Origin: an uncultured bacterium
GTDB lineage: Bacteria > Krumholzibacteriota > Krumholzibacteriia > Krumholzibacteriales > Krumholzibacteriaceae
Direction: 5' to 3'
Length of the DNA stretch: 64,000 bases
Assembly (NCBI GenBank): GCA_963813815.1
Contig: CAWFAD010000006.1
Coordinates: 1-64,000 of the forward strand
Both the position numbers and the translations under genes were made by a program. The notes below the pieces were generated by a model, which worked only from the letters and a program-made list of their open reading frames with translations, made no database searches and was not told where the DNA came from. Positions 47,052 through 56,673 of this stretch are shown in pieces; within the stretch, counting starts at the first letter, position 1; each line of letters opens with the position of its first letter.

Positions 47052-48455
47052 GTGAGTGAGATGATCGACACAAAGCATCGCGCCGAGGGCCGCCAGTACA
47101 TCGGGATCGATCAGGTCTCGGGTCCCCTCGTCTTCATCAAGGGGATTCACAACGTCGGTTTCAACGAGATCGCCGAGATCGTCGACGCCCGGGGACACGT
47201 CCGCCTCGGCATGGTTCTCGAAACCTCCGAAGGGGCGGCCGTCATACAGGTGTTCGAGGGAACCTCGGGGCTTTCGATTCCCGAAACGCGCATCCGGTTC
47301 CGCGGCGAATCGCTCCGGTTCGGCGTCGGGAGCGAGATCCTCGGCCGTGTGTTCAACGGGCTCGGGGAGCCGATCGACGGGGGTCCGTCGCCGATGGTCG
47401 AGGAAATGATGGACGTGAACGGCCTCCCCATCAATCCGACGGCGCGCGAGTATCCGCGCAAGTTCATCCAGACCGGCATCTCGGCGATCGACGGCATGAA
47501 CACGCTCGTGCGCGGTCAGAAGCTCCCGATCTTTTCCGGCACGGGGCTTCCGCACAACAAGATCGTCGCGCAGATCACGCGCCAGGCGAAAATCGTCGGC
47601 GAGGACACGCAGTTCGCGGTGGTGTTCGCCGCGATGGGCATCAAACACGACGTCTCGCGCTACTTCGTCCGCAACTTCGAGGAGTCGGGGGTGCTCGAGA
47701 AGGTCGTCTTCATCCTCAACCTCGCGGACGACCCCTCCGTCGAGCGTCTCGTGACCCCTCGAGTCGCCCTCACCGCGGCGGAGTTTCTCGCGTTCCAGCT
47801 CCACATGCACGTGCTCGTCATCCTGAGCGACATGACGAACTACTGCGAATCGCTCCGCGAGATCTCGACGGTGCGCGAGGAAATCCCGAGCCGGAAAGGC
47901 TACCCCGGATATCTCTACAGCGATCTCTCGGCGATCTACGAGCGCGCGGGCATGCTCAAGGGCGTCGAGGGTTCGATCACGCAGATGCCCATTCTCACGA
48001 TGCCGAACGACGACATTTCGCACCCGGTGCCCGATCTGTCGGGATACATCACCGAGGGACAGATCGTTCTCGAGCGCGAGCTCGACCAGAGGAACATCTA
48101 TCCGCCGATCGCGGGGCTCCCGTCGCTGAGCCGGCTCATGAAGGACGGCATCGGCGAGGGGATGACGCGCGCCGACCACGCGCACGTCGCGAGCCAGCTC
48201 TTCGCGGCCTACTCCCACGTCAAGGACGTCCGGGCGCTCGCGGCGGTCATCGGCGAGGAGGAGCTCGCGCCGCTCGACAAGATCTATCTCGATTTCGGCA
48301 ACAAGTTCGAGCGCGAATACCTGAGCCAGGGCGAGTACGAGGACCGGAGCATCGTGCAGACGCTCGACATCGGCTGGCGGGTGCTTTCCTACCTGCCGAA
48401 GGAGGAGCTGCACCGGATCAGCGAAGAGGAGCTCAACAAGTTCTACGGCAAATAG
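47052..48455 (+). CDS. V/A-type ATP synthase subunit B
   Basis: [28 protein letters not shown]. Confidence 0.98.
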   Translation: MSEMIDTKHRAEGRQYIGIDQVSGPLVFIKGIHNVGFNEIAEIVDARGHVRLGMVLETSEGAAVIQVFEGTSGLSIPETRIRFRGESLRFGVGSEILGRVFNGLGEPIDGGPSPMVEEMMDVNGLPINPTAREYPRKFIQTGISAIDGMNTLVRGQKLPIFSGTGLPHNKIVAQITRQAKIVGEDTQFAVVFAAMGIKHDVSRYFVRNFEESGVLEKVVFILNLADDPSVERLVTPRVALTAAEFLAFQLHMHVLVILSDMTNYCESLREISTVREEIPSRKGYPGYLYSDLSAIYERAGMLKGVEGSITQMPILTMPNDDISHPVPDLSGYITEGQIVLERELDQRNIYPPIAGLPSLSRLMKDGIGEGMTRADHAHVASQLFAAYSHVKDVRALAAVIGEEELAPLDKIYLDFGNKFEREYLSQGEYEDRSIVQTLDIGWRVLSYLPKEELHRISEEELNKFYGK

Positions 48456-48523
48456 CTCCCCGCGGGCCGCGACGGCCGGGGAGCGTCCGGCCGCCGCGGA
48501 GCGGCGGATGAAACGGATCGCAG

Positions 48524-49162
48524 ATGGCACGATACGAAGTGGCGCCGACCAAGACCAACCTCCAGAAGGTCAAGCGGGATCTCACCTTCGCGGAAGAGGG
48601 ATGGGAGCTGCTCGACCAGAAGCGCAAGATCCTCATCGTCGAGCTCATGGGGCTCATCGACCGCGCGGTCGAGGCGCAGGAAGAGGTCGAGAAGCGGCTC
48701 GAGACGGCCTACCGGGCGCTCGATCAGGCGACACTCCGCATGGGACGGCGGGAGCTCGGGCTCGTCTCGCTCGGCATGCATATCCGCGCCGACATCAAGT
48801 TCTCGGAGCGGCGGGTGATGGGGGTCTCGATCCCGAAGGTGCGGGTCGAGGTGGACGACAAATCCCCCTACGTGGCGGCGGCCGAGAGCAGCGTGTGGGT
48901 CGACGAGTCGGTGCTGCGGTTCCGCGAGGTGCTTGGTCTTCTCGGACAGCTCGCCGAGGCTCGCATCGCTCTCATGCGCCTCGCGAGGGAAGTGGCGAAG
49001 ACGGTCCGGCGCGTGAACGCGCTCGAAAAGATCTTCATCCCCGATTACAACGAAACGCTGAAGTACATCATCATGTCTCTCGAGGAAATGGACCGGGAGG
49101 CGTTCTTCATCAACAAACTCGTCAAAGACCACCTCCAGCAAAGGAAAGAGGCGGCCACATGA
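48524..49162 (+). CDS. V/A-type ATPase subunit D
   Basis: APTKTNL, LLDQKRKIL, RRVNALEKIFIP. Confidence 0.96.
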   Translation: MARYEVAPTKTNLQKVKRDLTFAEEGWELLDQKRKILIVELMGLIDRAVEAQEEVEKRLETAYRALDQATLRMGRRELGLVSLGMHIRADIKFSERRVMGVSIPKVRVEVDDKSPYVAAAESSVWVDESVLRFREVLGLLGQLAEARIALMRLAREVAKTVRRVNALEKIFIPDYNETLKYIIMSLEEMDREAFFINKLVKDHLQQRKEAAT

Positions 49163-49644
49163 CCCATCCGCTCGCGAAGATACTGCTGTATATCGACGGC
49201 AGCGAATCCTCGATCACGGCCTCGCAATTCGCGATCATCATGGCCAAGAAATACGGCTCGGCGCTCAGCGCGATCTACGTGGTGAACGAGAACCTGCTCT
49301 CCGAGCTTCTCGGCGCGAAGGTGTTCGTACAGATGGAGAAGATGGACTACGAGCGCTCCCTCGAGGACGACGGCAAGCGCTATCTCAACTACGTCGTCAA
49401 GCTCGGCGAAAAAAAGGGGATCAAGGTCGAGACGCTGTTCCGCAAGGGGATCGTTCACGAAGAGGTCATCAAAGAGGTGGCCGGGGGGGGCTACGATCTG
49501 CTCGTTCAGGGCGAGCTCGGCGAGGTGCTGAGCCTGCGCGACTCCTTTTACGAGGAGGGCGAGCGGATCCTCCGCAAGGTGAACTGCGCGGTGCTCGTCG
49601 CGCGGGGCAAGGACCGGGTGGAGCGGGCGTTCGCCGATCTCTAG
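49159..49644 (+). CDS. Universal stress protein
   Basis: KILLYIDGSESS, YDLLVQG, ILRKVNCAVLV; ATGA overlap with subunit D. Confidence 0.9.
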   Translation: MTHPLAKILLYIDGSESSITASQFAIIMAKKYGSALSAIYVVNENLLSELLGAKVFVQMEKMDYERSLEDDGKRYLNYVVKLGEKKGIKVETLFRKGIVHEEVIKEVAGGGYDLLVQGELGEVLSLRDSFYEEGERILRKVNCAVLVARGKDRVERAFADL

Positions 49645-49662
49645 AGGGGCCGGACGAGGGTC

Positions 49663-49691
49663 TTGCCAACCGGGGGGCGGTTCGTTATGTT
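49663..49691 (+). promoter_or_regulatory. Sigma70 promoter
   Basis: TTGCCA-17 nt-TATGTT before the PTS IIA gene. Confidence 0.55.
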
Positions 49692-49745
49692 ACGGGAATA
49701 TCGAACGGCGTTCGGGACCCGAGGGTCCCGCGGAGGAATGGAACG

Positions 49746-50216
49746 ATGAAGCTGACCGATTACATCACACCGCAGCACGTCAAGATCGACCTCGACGGCA
49801 CGAGCAAGGGAGACGTCATCGAGGAGCTCGTCGGGATTCTCGTCGATACGAACGACGCCACGGATGCCGACACGATCTACGACGCGGTCATGAAGCGCGA
49901 GGGAGAGGGATCGACCGGCCTCGAGAAGGGCGTGGCGATTCCGCACGCCAAGTCCGACGCCGTGAAACGTCTCAGCATCGTCATCGGCATATCGCGGGAA
50001 GGGATCGATTTCGACTCTCAGGACGGGAAACCGGCGCATCTGTTTTTTCTCATGGTCGCGCCGACGTCCGAGTCCGGCCCGCACGTGCAGGCGATCGCCA
50101 AGATCGTCAAGCTCATCAAGTTCGACAAGTTCCGCGAGAGGCTCATCAAGGCGAAGAAGCCGCAGGACGTCGTCGATATGATATTCCGGGTCGAAAACGG
50201 CGATGAAGAGGGCTGA
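49746..50216 (+). CDS. Stand-alone PTS EIIA (Fru/Ntr type)
   Basis: REGEGSTGLEKGVAIPHA with phospho-His, GIDFDSQDGKP. Confidence 0.93.
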   Translation: MKLTDYITPQHVKIDLDGTSKGDVIEELVGILVDTNDATDADTIYDAVMKREGEGSTGLEKGVAIPHAKSDAVKRLSIVIGISREGIDFDSQDGKPAHLFFLMVAPTSESGPHVQAIAKIVKLIKFDKFRERLIKAKKPQDVVDMIFRVENGDEEG

Positions 50217-50282
50217 GAGCGCGCCCTTTCCTCGACGCACGATCCGGCCGGCGGCCCCTTCCCCCGTTTCGCGAAATCGCGC

Positions 50283-51029
50283 ATGAACGATCCCCGCGGC
50301 GATAAGGTTCTCGGCTACTACGGCTTTCCGCGGCGCGAAGCGCTCCGCGAGGCGCGTAAGACGTTCGGCGCGGCCCTTCTTCTCGTCGACCTCGACGTCG
50401 ACCGCGGCGCTCCCGGCGCGGGAGCGCTTCCCCAGACGACCTGCCGCATCGTCGCGAACATCATCGACAACGCCGTGGATCTCGGGCCGCGGCTCGCGGC
50501 GATCGTCGCCTCCGTGGGCGAGGAAAAATGCGACCGGGGGCGGCACGCGGCACGGCTGCTCGAGCGCATGGGGTTCACCGTCGTCGAGTCGCGCTGGCGC
50601 GAGGAGGAGAACGAGAAGCGTCCGCTCGTTTGGGCGACGGCGCGGCTGCCGCTTCGCGAAAAAATCGACCGCATCATGGCGACGGTCGTCGATCCGTCGG
50701 CGCCGCCGGCGCCGCCCGGGCGCTGCGCTCCGACGCACGGATTCTGGGGCGTTCCGCCGCACGATTTCCGGCTGCTCGACCTTTTTCCCGAGACGACGCA
50801 CGCGTACGGCTGGATCCGGTGCGTCGAGGCCGGGAGGCCCGCCGATCTCGGCCTCGAGTGCTTCGTCGACGAGGGAGTGCCGACCGTATTTTTCACGCAG
50901 AGCTTTTGCGCGAAGCAGGATCTCGCGCACCATCTCGCCGAGCGGCACCGCGGCCTCGCCGTCGATTGCCACCGCGAGATCAACGATTCGATCCTCGCCA
51001 AGGTCGAGGCGTTCTTGAAGCTGTCCTGA
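50283..51029 (+). CDS. Small 2-hydroxyacyl-CoA dehydratase-like Fe-S protein
   Basis: TTCRI, EKCD, QSFCAK, C-terminal AKVEAFL; adjacent to an activator gene. Confidence 0.55.
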   Translation: MNDPRGDKVLGYYGFPRREALREARKTFGAALLLVDLDVDRGAPGAGALPQTTCRIVANIIDNAVDLGPRLAAIVASVGEEKCDRGRHAARLLERMGFTVVESRWREEENEKRPLVWATARLPLREKIDRIMATVVDPSAPPAPPGRCAPTHGFWGVPPHDFRLLDLFPETTHAYGWIRCVEAGRPADLGLECFVDEGVPTVFFTQSFCAKQDLAHHLAERHRGLAVDCHREINDSILAKVEAFLKLS

Positions 51030-51038
51030 GGGCGCGGC

Positions 51039-51703
51039 ATGATCATAGCGGACTGCGGCAGCACGTGGACGAAGATACGCGACCTCGATTCGGGCGCGCT
51101 CGAGATCATCTCCACGAAGGATCTCGTTCGCCGGAGAGGCGTCGTCTTCGACGTCGCGACGGGCCACTCGGGAAAGAACCGCTGCCGTCTCTACCGGAAC
51201 GAGCTCGTCGCGCTCGCCGAGGGGGGCTCGCCCTCGTCGAGGAGGAGGACTTTTCCCTTGTCGACGTCGGCGGAAGGGACATAAAATTCATTCGATTCCG
51301 CGGGCGGAAGGTCGAAAAGCTCGACTGGAACCTCGCGTGCGGCTCGACGACGGGCGCCACTCTCGAGCTTCTCGGGGGCTACTACGACGTGGATTTCGCG
51401 TCCCTGCCGCCGGCCGACCGCTGGGTCAACGTCACCTGCGGGGTCTTCGGCATGGAGAAGGTGCTCGAGCAGATCTCGCTCGGCACCTCCCCCGAAGCGA
51501 GCGTCGCGATGTTCCTCCACGGGCTCGTGCGGAACGTCGTCGAGTTCATCGGGCGCCCGGAGCATTTCTACCTTTCGGGAGGCTTCTGCGAGAACCCCTG
51601 CTTTCTCGGGACCGCCGCGCGCTACTGCCGCGTGACGCCGCTCGGCCGCACGGTGCTTCTCGACGGGCTCGTTTCGGCGGGGGAGAAGGGAGAGGACTCG
51701 TGA
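51039..51703 (+). CDS. BadF/BadG/BcrA/BcrD (HgdC-like) ATP-dependent activator, frameshift in a G-run near 51225
   Basis: DCGSTWTK, ATGHSG, VDVGGRDIK, WNLACGSTTG, NVTCGVFG, LSGGF. Confidence 0.85.
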
Positions 51704-53322
51704 GGGATCGTCGCGCGCGCATCGTCGTCATCGCCACGCTCTGCGCCGTCGCCGCCGCTGCGGCCTCGTGCGCGCTTTTCGAGAAGCGTCCTCCCCGTGT
51801 GCTCGAGCCCGCTCCCGGGACCGCCGGTGGCGCGCTCGACGCGGCCGCCGCCTTCGTTTCGCCGGAGGACAAGGTCCCCGGCTTCTTCAAGAAAACGCTC
51901 GACGCCTGCGGCGTTCTCGCCGTTCAGGTCGTCGTCCGGAACGGCGGCGGCGCGCCGCTCCTCGTTCACACCTCGAACGGCATGGAGTTGGGAGCCGGGT
52001 TCGCGGGCGCGCGGCTCGTGTGCGGCGGCGACACCCTGAATCCCCTTCATCCCGGCGAGGTAACCGCGATACTCGCCGGAGCGCGCCGGACAAAGGGGTA
52101 CCGCCATCCCGGGTCTTTCGAAATGGTCGCGAGTCCCATAATCCCGCCGGTCGGGCTCTACATGATCTACAAGGAAGCGAGCGTCGGGAGGTTCTACCGG
52201 CCGCTCTTCAACCGTTCCTTCTATCCGGCGCTCCGGGGCGGCTGTCTCGGCGCCGTTCGTCTGGAGCCGGGAGAGGAGCGCCGCGGATGGCTCTACTTCG
52301 AGTCTCCGCCGGGCGGGCGGCGAGAGGCGTGCGAGCTCCTGCTCGGCGCCTGCGTTCCGCTCGCCGTGCCCGATACGATCGAGGGGTACGAGTTCGAGTT
52401 CTCCCGCGAGGAAGGGCCGTCCGCCGGCGGATATCTTTTCGCCCTCGTCCGCGAGGGCAAACGCAGCGGGCTCATGCGCGTGAGCGTGAAGTCCCTCCTC
52501 GACGATCCGGAAGCGCTCCCCGAGCGCGTCGCCGGAGTCGCGGCGAAAGCGGCGGCGATCGCGGACGTTTCGAGCCTCGGCGAACGAACGGTTGTCGCGC
52601 TCAACTTCACCTCCACTTCTCGTGCGATCGTGCTGGGCGGCGGCGCCTCGCCGGGCGAAAGCGGCGGCCGCGCTTTCTCCCGCGCGATCAAGCGGGTCTT
52701 TCCCGTCGCGGACGGAACGTGCGTCGTCACGGAGAACGGCTTCGCGCATTTCTTCGACGAGGAGACGCGCGAAGGCGTGCCCGGAACCAAGCTCACCCGC
52801 GGCTTCGACGAGGTCGCTCTGGATCGCGGACGGCTCTTCGTTTTCACCCGGGACAAGGGGCTCATGGTGTTCGACGTCGCGGAGGGATCCCGGTTCTCGC
52901 TCGTCGAGAAACGAAATCTCTCGCGGGGAGATCGGAGCGTCTCTGGCGCGCTCGGGGGCTCCCTCGCGCTCGTGAGCCGCGGCGCTTCGCTCGCCGGCGA
53001 TACGCTTTCGTTCTTCGATCTCGACGGAAAGGCGGAGAGCCGCCGCGGCGCTCTCGCCGGGAGGGTGGTTCGCGCATCGACGTCGGGGTCGAGCGTCGTC
53101 CTCCAGCTCGAGGACGGCACGGTGCTCCGGCTCGCGGCGGGCCCGCTCGGATCGTTCCGCATCGTCGAGGCGGGCTGGCTGCCCTTCGGGGCTCGCGCCT
53201 TGAAGGCGCTGGACGAGGCGTTCATCGCCGTCGGCGCCGCCGGAGAGATCGCTTCCGGCAAAATCGCCGCCTACCGGCCCGGCTCGCGGGGCGCCATCGA
53301 GACATCCGTCAGGGTCGAGTAA
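51700..53322 (+). CDS. Hypothetical lipoprotein with beta-rich C-terminal half
   Basis: Lipobox AAASC; GTG overlaps the upstream stop; LEPGEERRGWLYF. Confidence 0.65.
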   Translation: MRDRRARIVVIATLCAVAAAAASCALFEKRPPRVLEPAPGTAGGALDAAAAFVSPEDKVPGFFKKTLDACGVLAVQVVVRNGGGAPLLVHTSNGMELGAGFAGARLVCGGDTLNPLHPGEVTAILAGARRTKGYRHPGSFEMVASPIIPPVGLYMIYKEASVGRFYRPLFNRSFYPALRGGCLGAVRLEPGEERRGWLYFESPPGGRREACELLLGACVPLAVPDTIEGYEFEFSREEGPSAGGYLFALVREGKRSGLMRVSVKSLLDDPEALPERVAGVAAKAAAIADVSSLGERTVVALNFTSTSRAIVLGGGASPGESGGRAFSRAIKRVFPVADGTCVVTENGFAHFFDEETREGVPGTKLTRGFDEVALDRGRLFVFTRDKGLMVFDVAEGSRFSLVEKRNLSRGDRSVSGALGGSLALVSRGASLAGDTLSFFDLDGKAESRRGALAGRVVRASTSGSSVVLQLEDGTVLRLAAGPLGSFRIVEAGWLPFGARALKALDEAFIAVGAAGEIASGKIAAYRPGSRGAIETSVRVE

Positions 53323-53340
53323 CGGGAAGGACGCGGCGCC

Positions 53341-53970
53341 ATGAACCGAAAGCGGGCGACACTCGACGAAATCGTCGCGACCTTCTCCGATCATATTTCG
53401 AAGAGCTACCCTTCGCCCGCCGATTTCCGCAGCAATTTCGACATTCTGCTCTGGGGCAAGCGCGACCGGTGCGACGCCCGCGACTACGCGGTCTACCTCG
53501 AGAAGAACATAGTCTATCTCGGCATTCTCGTGGAAGAAGCTCTGGGGCTCGCGGGACGCCTCCTCGATCCCGCCGAACCGCTCGACGAGACCGGGCTTCC
53601 GGCCGCTCTCGACTCCATCGAGAAGACCGCCCGCGCCTCGACTGGAAAGCGCCACGAGCGCGCGTTCGTCGAGCGCGGGGATCCGGCCCTTCGCGACCTT
53701 GCCGAGGGGCGGGAGGAAGGCAGCGGCTACGTCGAGAAGCTCGAGTTCAACTATCGCTATCTCATGACGCTGCGGCTCTTTATCTTCGAGTTCATTTCGG
53801 TGCTCGCGGCGGTGCGGGTCGAATGCGACGTGGCGCCGGCCGAGCCGGGGGATATCCCGAGGATTCGAGACCAGATCGGCGTTATCGCCAACTATTACAT
53901 CGGCAACGTCTCGGTGAGCGAGCGGGGCGCCCCCTCCCCGGAGAGCCCCGGGGGATCATCTTTTTCTTGA
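53341..53970 (+). CDS. Hypothetical protein
   Basis: 209-aa ORF with RBS and genome-like codon use. Confidence 0.65.
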   Translation: MNRKRATLDEIVATFSDHISKSYPSPADFRSNFDILLWGKRDRCDARDYAVYLEKNIVYLGILVEEALGLAGRLLDPAEPLDETGLPAALDSIEKTARASTGKRHERAFVERGDPALRDLAEGREEGSGYVEKLEFNYRYLMTLRLFIFEFISVLAAVRVECDVAPAEPGDIPRIRDQIGVIANYYIGNVSVSERGAPSPESPGGSSFS

Positions 53971-54045
53971 AAAGCCGGTCCGGGACGGAGTATCTTTCAC
54001 CGGTATCCCGGCAACGAGCGATCGAAGCGGACGAGGAGAGTCTCG

Positions 54046-54627
54046 ATGAAAGGAACGTTTGTGCAATCGAAAGCCGTTCATGTAGGAGCGATTTCGCTCA
54101 CTTCGTCCGCCGTGCCCGGGGCCATGAGGCGCGTCCTCGGCATATGCGCGTTCGCGGGATTCACCGCTGCGGCGGCCCAGTTCGCCGTGCGGCTCCCGTT
54201 CACCCCCGTTCCGGTGACGCTCCAGACGCTCTTCGTGGCGCTCGCCGGGATCATGCTGGGCCCGCGGGACGGCTTCATCGCGATGATCGCGTATCTCGGA
54301 GCCGGCCTCGCGGGGGCGCCGGTATTCGCGGGTTTCGCCTTCGGTCCATGGACGCTCGTGGGGCCGACGGGAGGCTACCTCGTCGCTTTCCCCGCCGCCG
54401 CGCTCGTTTCCGGAGCGATCGCGGGGCGGATCGGGCGGGGACGCGCCGCCGTCGCCGCCGCGACGCTCGCGGGGAGCGGCGTCATTCTCCTCGCCGGCGC
54501 ATCCTACCTCGCGCTTCTCTCGGGTCTCTCCCTCGGCGGCGTCGTCGCCGCGGGCATCCTGCCCTTCGCGGCGGGAGAGATCGCCAAATCAGCCGCCGCG
54601 GCGTGCGTCGTCCCGCTTTCGGAGTGA
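54046..54627 (+). CDS. bioY: Biotin transporter BioY
   Basis: LPFTPVPVTLQT, GAPVFAG, GPTGGYL; TTGAAA-18-TATCTT upstream. Confidence 0.95.
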   Translation: MKGTFVQSKAVHVGAISLTSSAVPGAMRRVLGICAFAGFTAAAAQFAVRLPFTPVPVTLQTLFVALAGIMLGPRDGFIAMIAYLGAGLAGAPVFAGFAFGPWTLVGPTGGYLVAFPAAALVSGAIAGRIGRGRAAVAAATLAGSGVILLAGASYLALLSGLSLGGVVAAGILPFAAGEIAKSAAAACVVPLSE

Positions 54628-54679
54628 CGGCTCGCGCTTCCGCGGGCGCTCGCTCGATCTCTCGGCGCGGCGAGAGGCC

Positions 54680-55168
54680 CTACGAGCCGGCGAGCCTCGC
54701 GATCTCCTCTTCGGTGAAGCGGTAGAAAACCCAATCGCTCATCGCCCGCGCCCCGAGGTGCTCGTAGAAGCCGCGCGCCGGATTCCAGTCGAGGACCGCG
54801 AACTCCAGTCTCCCGAAACCGCTCGATTTCGCCGCGCCGGCGATGTGTCGCAGGAGCGCCCGGCCGATTCCGGACCGGCGGAACTCGGGCCGGACGTAGA
54901 TGTCCTCTATGTAGATTCCGGGGCGCCCGACGAAGGTCGAGAAGTTCTCGAAGTAAACGGCGAAGCCGGCCGGAACCTCCCCCCGGTACGCGAGGATGGC
55001 CTTCGCGGCAGGCCTCCGCCCGAAGAGGCTCTCGCGAATCGTCTCTTCCGTCGCCACGACCTCGTGGGAGATCTTCTCGAACTCGGCGAGCTCCCGTATG
55101 AGCTGAAAGACGAGGGGCGCGTCCGCCGCCTCCGCCTTTCGCACCGCGATCGCCGCGTCGTCATGCAT
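54680..55168 (-). CDS. GNAT acetyltransferase (spermidine/spermine acetyltransferase-like)
   Basis: LIRELAEFEK, NFSTFVGRPGIYIEDIYVRPEFRRSGIG, VLDWN. Confidence 0.92.
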   Translation of the reverse strand: MHDDAAIAVRKAEAADAPLVFQLIRELAEFEKISHEVVATEETIRESLFGRRPAAKAILAYRGEVPAGFAVYFENFSTFVGRPGIYIEDIYVRPEFRRSGIGRALLRHIAGAAKSSGFGRLEFAVLDWNPARGFYEHLGARAMSDWVFYRFTEEEIARLAGS

Positions 55169-55242
55169 CGTATCGGTACCTCCGCTTTTGCAGGAAGCCG
55201 CCTTGCGCGCTCCAGCGCGCGGCGCGTTCCCTTTTTTGAGTG

Positions 55243-55271
55243 TTGACAGCCTCGCAAAACGGGCATAGAAT
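55243..55271 (+). promoter_or_regulatory. Near-consensus sigma70 promoter with no downstream CDS
   Basis: TTGACA-17 nt-TAGAAT. Confidence 0.8.
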
Positions 55272-55277
55272 ACTATT

Positions 55278-55362
55278 CAGAAGAGGTGCCGCGCCGGGCC
55301 CAGAACTGAAGTGAAGCCCCGCCGGAAGAGCGGGAGAACGAAAATGCCCCGCGACATCTCGG
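55278..55362 (+). ncRNA. Putative small structured RNA, short 6S-like
   Basis: Closing stem 55283-55293/55350-55360, helix gggc/gccc, A-rich central bubble, terminal hairpin cccgc/gcggg. Confidence 0.6.
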
Positions 55363-55376
55363 ATCCTCATAGTGAG

Positions 55377-55418
55377 ACGCCACGGATTTTCTAAATGCCT
55401 CATGGAAACCCGTGGCGT
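55377..55418. terminator. Hairpin between the convergent ncRNA and glycosyltransferase
   Basis: acgccacgg...ccgtggcgt inverted repeat. Confidence 0.6.
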
Positions 55419-55421
55419 TCA

Positions 55422-56669
55422 TTATGTTCCGCCGGAGGATGAGGCGCCGCCGCGCGCCGCGAGATCCTCGAGCACGGCGAGCTCCCTCCCGATCCGTTCG
55501 TCCCACGACATGAAATAGCCCCGCCCGAAGGACGCTGCCTGCCGTCCGAGACGCTCGCGCAGCTCGCCGTCGCGAACGAGGCGTTCGAGCGCGCGGGCGA
55601 ACCCGCCGACGTCGCCGTTCGCCACGAGAAGCCCCGTTTCGCCGTCGCGCACCACCTCGGCCGTGCCCGAGACGTCGAACGCCACGACCGGCACGCCGCA
55701 GAGGATCGCCTCGCTGGGCGGGAGCGACATGTTCGTGAGCTCGTTCGTGGCCGCGAAGACGTCCGACGCCTTGAGGAAATCGACGACGTTGCGATGGGGG
55801 ATGACCCCCGTGAAAATAACGCGGTCCGCGAGGCCGAGCCGGCGCGCTTCCGATTCCAAAAACGCCCGCTCGGGTCCGTCCCCGCCGATCACGATCGCCG
55901 TTCGCTCGAGGAGACCCGGGTCCATCATGGTGGCGGCTCGCAGCAGAAGCTCGATGCGCTTCGATTTCACGAGGCGCGAGAAGGTAACGATGAGGATCCG
56001 GTCGAGCGGCAGACGAAGGGCCCGGCGCGCCTCGTCGCGATCGACCGCGGCGTCGGCCCACTCGGTATCCATGCCGTTCGGGAGAAACGATATCTTGCCG
56101 GGAGGGATGCCGAGGCGGGTGAGCGCCATCTCCCCCCTCGTGCCGTCGTTGAGGATGATGTAGCGGTCGACGGAGCTCCGCAGCGCGATGAGCTGCTCGA
56201 TGCTCTTCCAATGGTACTTGATCCGCGGGAAGTCGAACCGGTCGAGATACATGACCCCGAAGAGCTTGACGGCGGTCGGAATGCCGAGCTTTCGGCCGAC
56301 GCGGTTGAGGGGATAGAAGGAGTAGTGCGTGAAGCCGAGGAGGACGTCGGGGCGTATCTCGGCGGCGAGCCGCTCGAGGCGCGCCGTCGCGACGACGGGG
56401 TGCGCCATCGGCCAGAGAAACCGGCGCATGATTTTCGGGAACGGCTCGAAGGCGCGGAAGACGTTCGGGTACGTGTGATACGTGAGGAGCGAGTCGCGCA
56501 GCGTCTCCCGCTTCGCGCGCGGTTTCGGAATGAGAAAGTGGAGCTCGATCCCCCGCTGCGTGGCGTGCCGGATGAACTGGAGCTCGTCGGCCACGCCGCA
56601 CCCCTCGCCGAGCGACCAGATGTCCTCCCAGATCGAGAGGATGAGGATCTTCTTGAGCCTGCCCGCCAC
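55422..56669 (-). CDS. Glycosyltransferase family 4
   Basis: LPNGMD, SRLVKSKRIE, GGDGPER, EAILCGVPVVAFDVSG..EVVRDGETG. Confidence 0.92.
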   Translation of the reverse strand: MAGRLKKILILSIWEDIWSLGEGCGVADELQFIRHATQRGIELHFLIPKPRAKRETLRDSLLTYHTYPNVFRAFEPFPKIMRRFLWPMAHPVVATARLERLAAEIRPDVLLGFTHYSFYPLNRVGRKLGIPTAVKLFGVMYLDRFDFPRIKYHWKSIEQLIALRSSVDRYIILNDGTRGEMALTRLGIPPGKISFLPNGMDTEWADAAVDRDEARRALRLPLDRILIVTFSRLVKSKRIELLLRAATMMDPGLLERTAIVIGGDGPERAFLESEARRLGLADRVIFTGVIPHRNVVDFLKASDVFAATNELTNMSLPPSEAILCGVPVVAFDVSGTAEVVRDGETGLLVANGDVGGFARALERLVRDGELRERLGRQAASFGRGYFMSWDERIGRELAVLEDLAARGGASSSGGT

Positions 56670-56673
56670 GAGG

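Noticed and set aside
44520..48530. 1336-aa minus-strand ORF
   Set aside because: Antisense shadow of ATPase subunits E, A and B
51215..51235. Programmed frameshift in the activator gene
   Set aside because: A single missing G in a homopolymer explains it, matching the error pattern elsewhere
51768..54725. 985-aa plus-strand ORF
   Set aside because: Off-frame, Arg-rich, overlaps three better-supported genes including bioY
55281..55360. Lysine riboswitch (AGAGGTGC start) or SRP RNA (CCGGAAG)
   Set aside because: Too short for a lysine aptamer with no downstream gene to control; lacks the SRP helix-8 CAGG/AGCA internal loop
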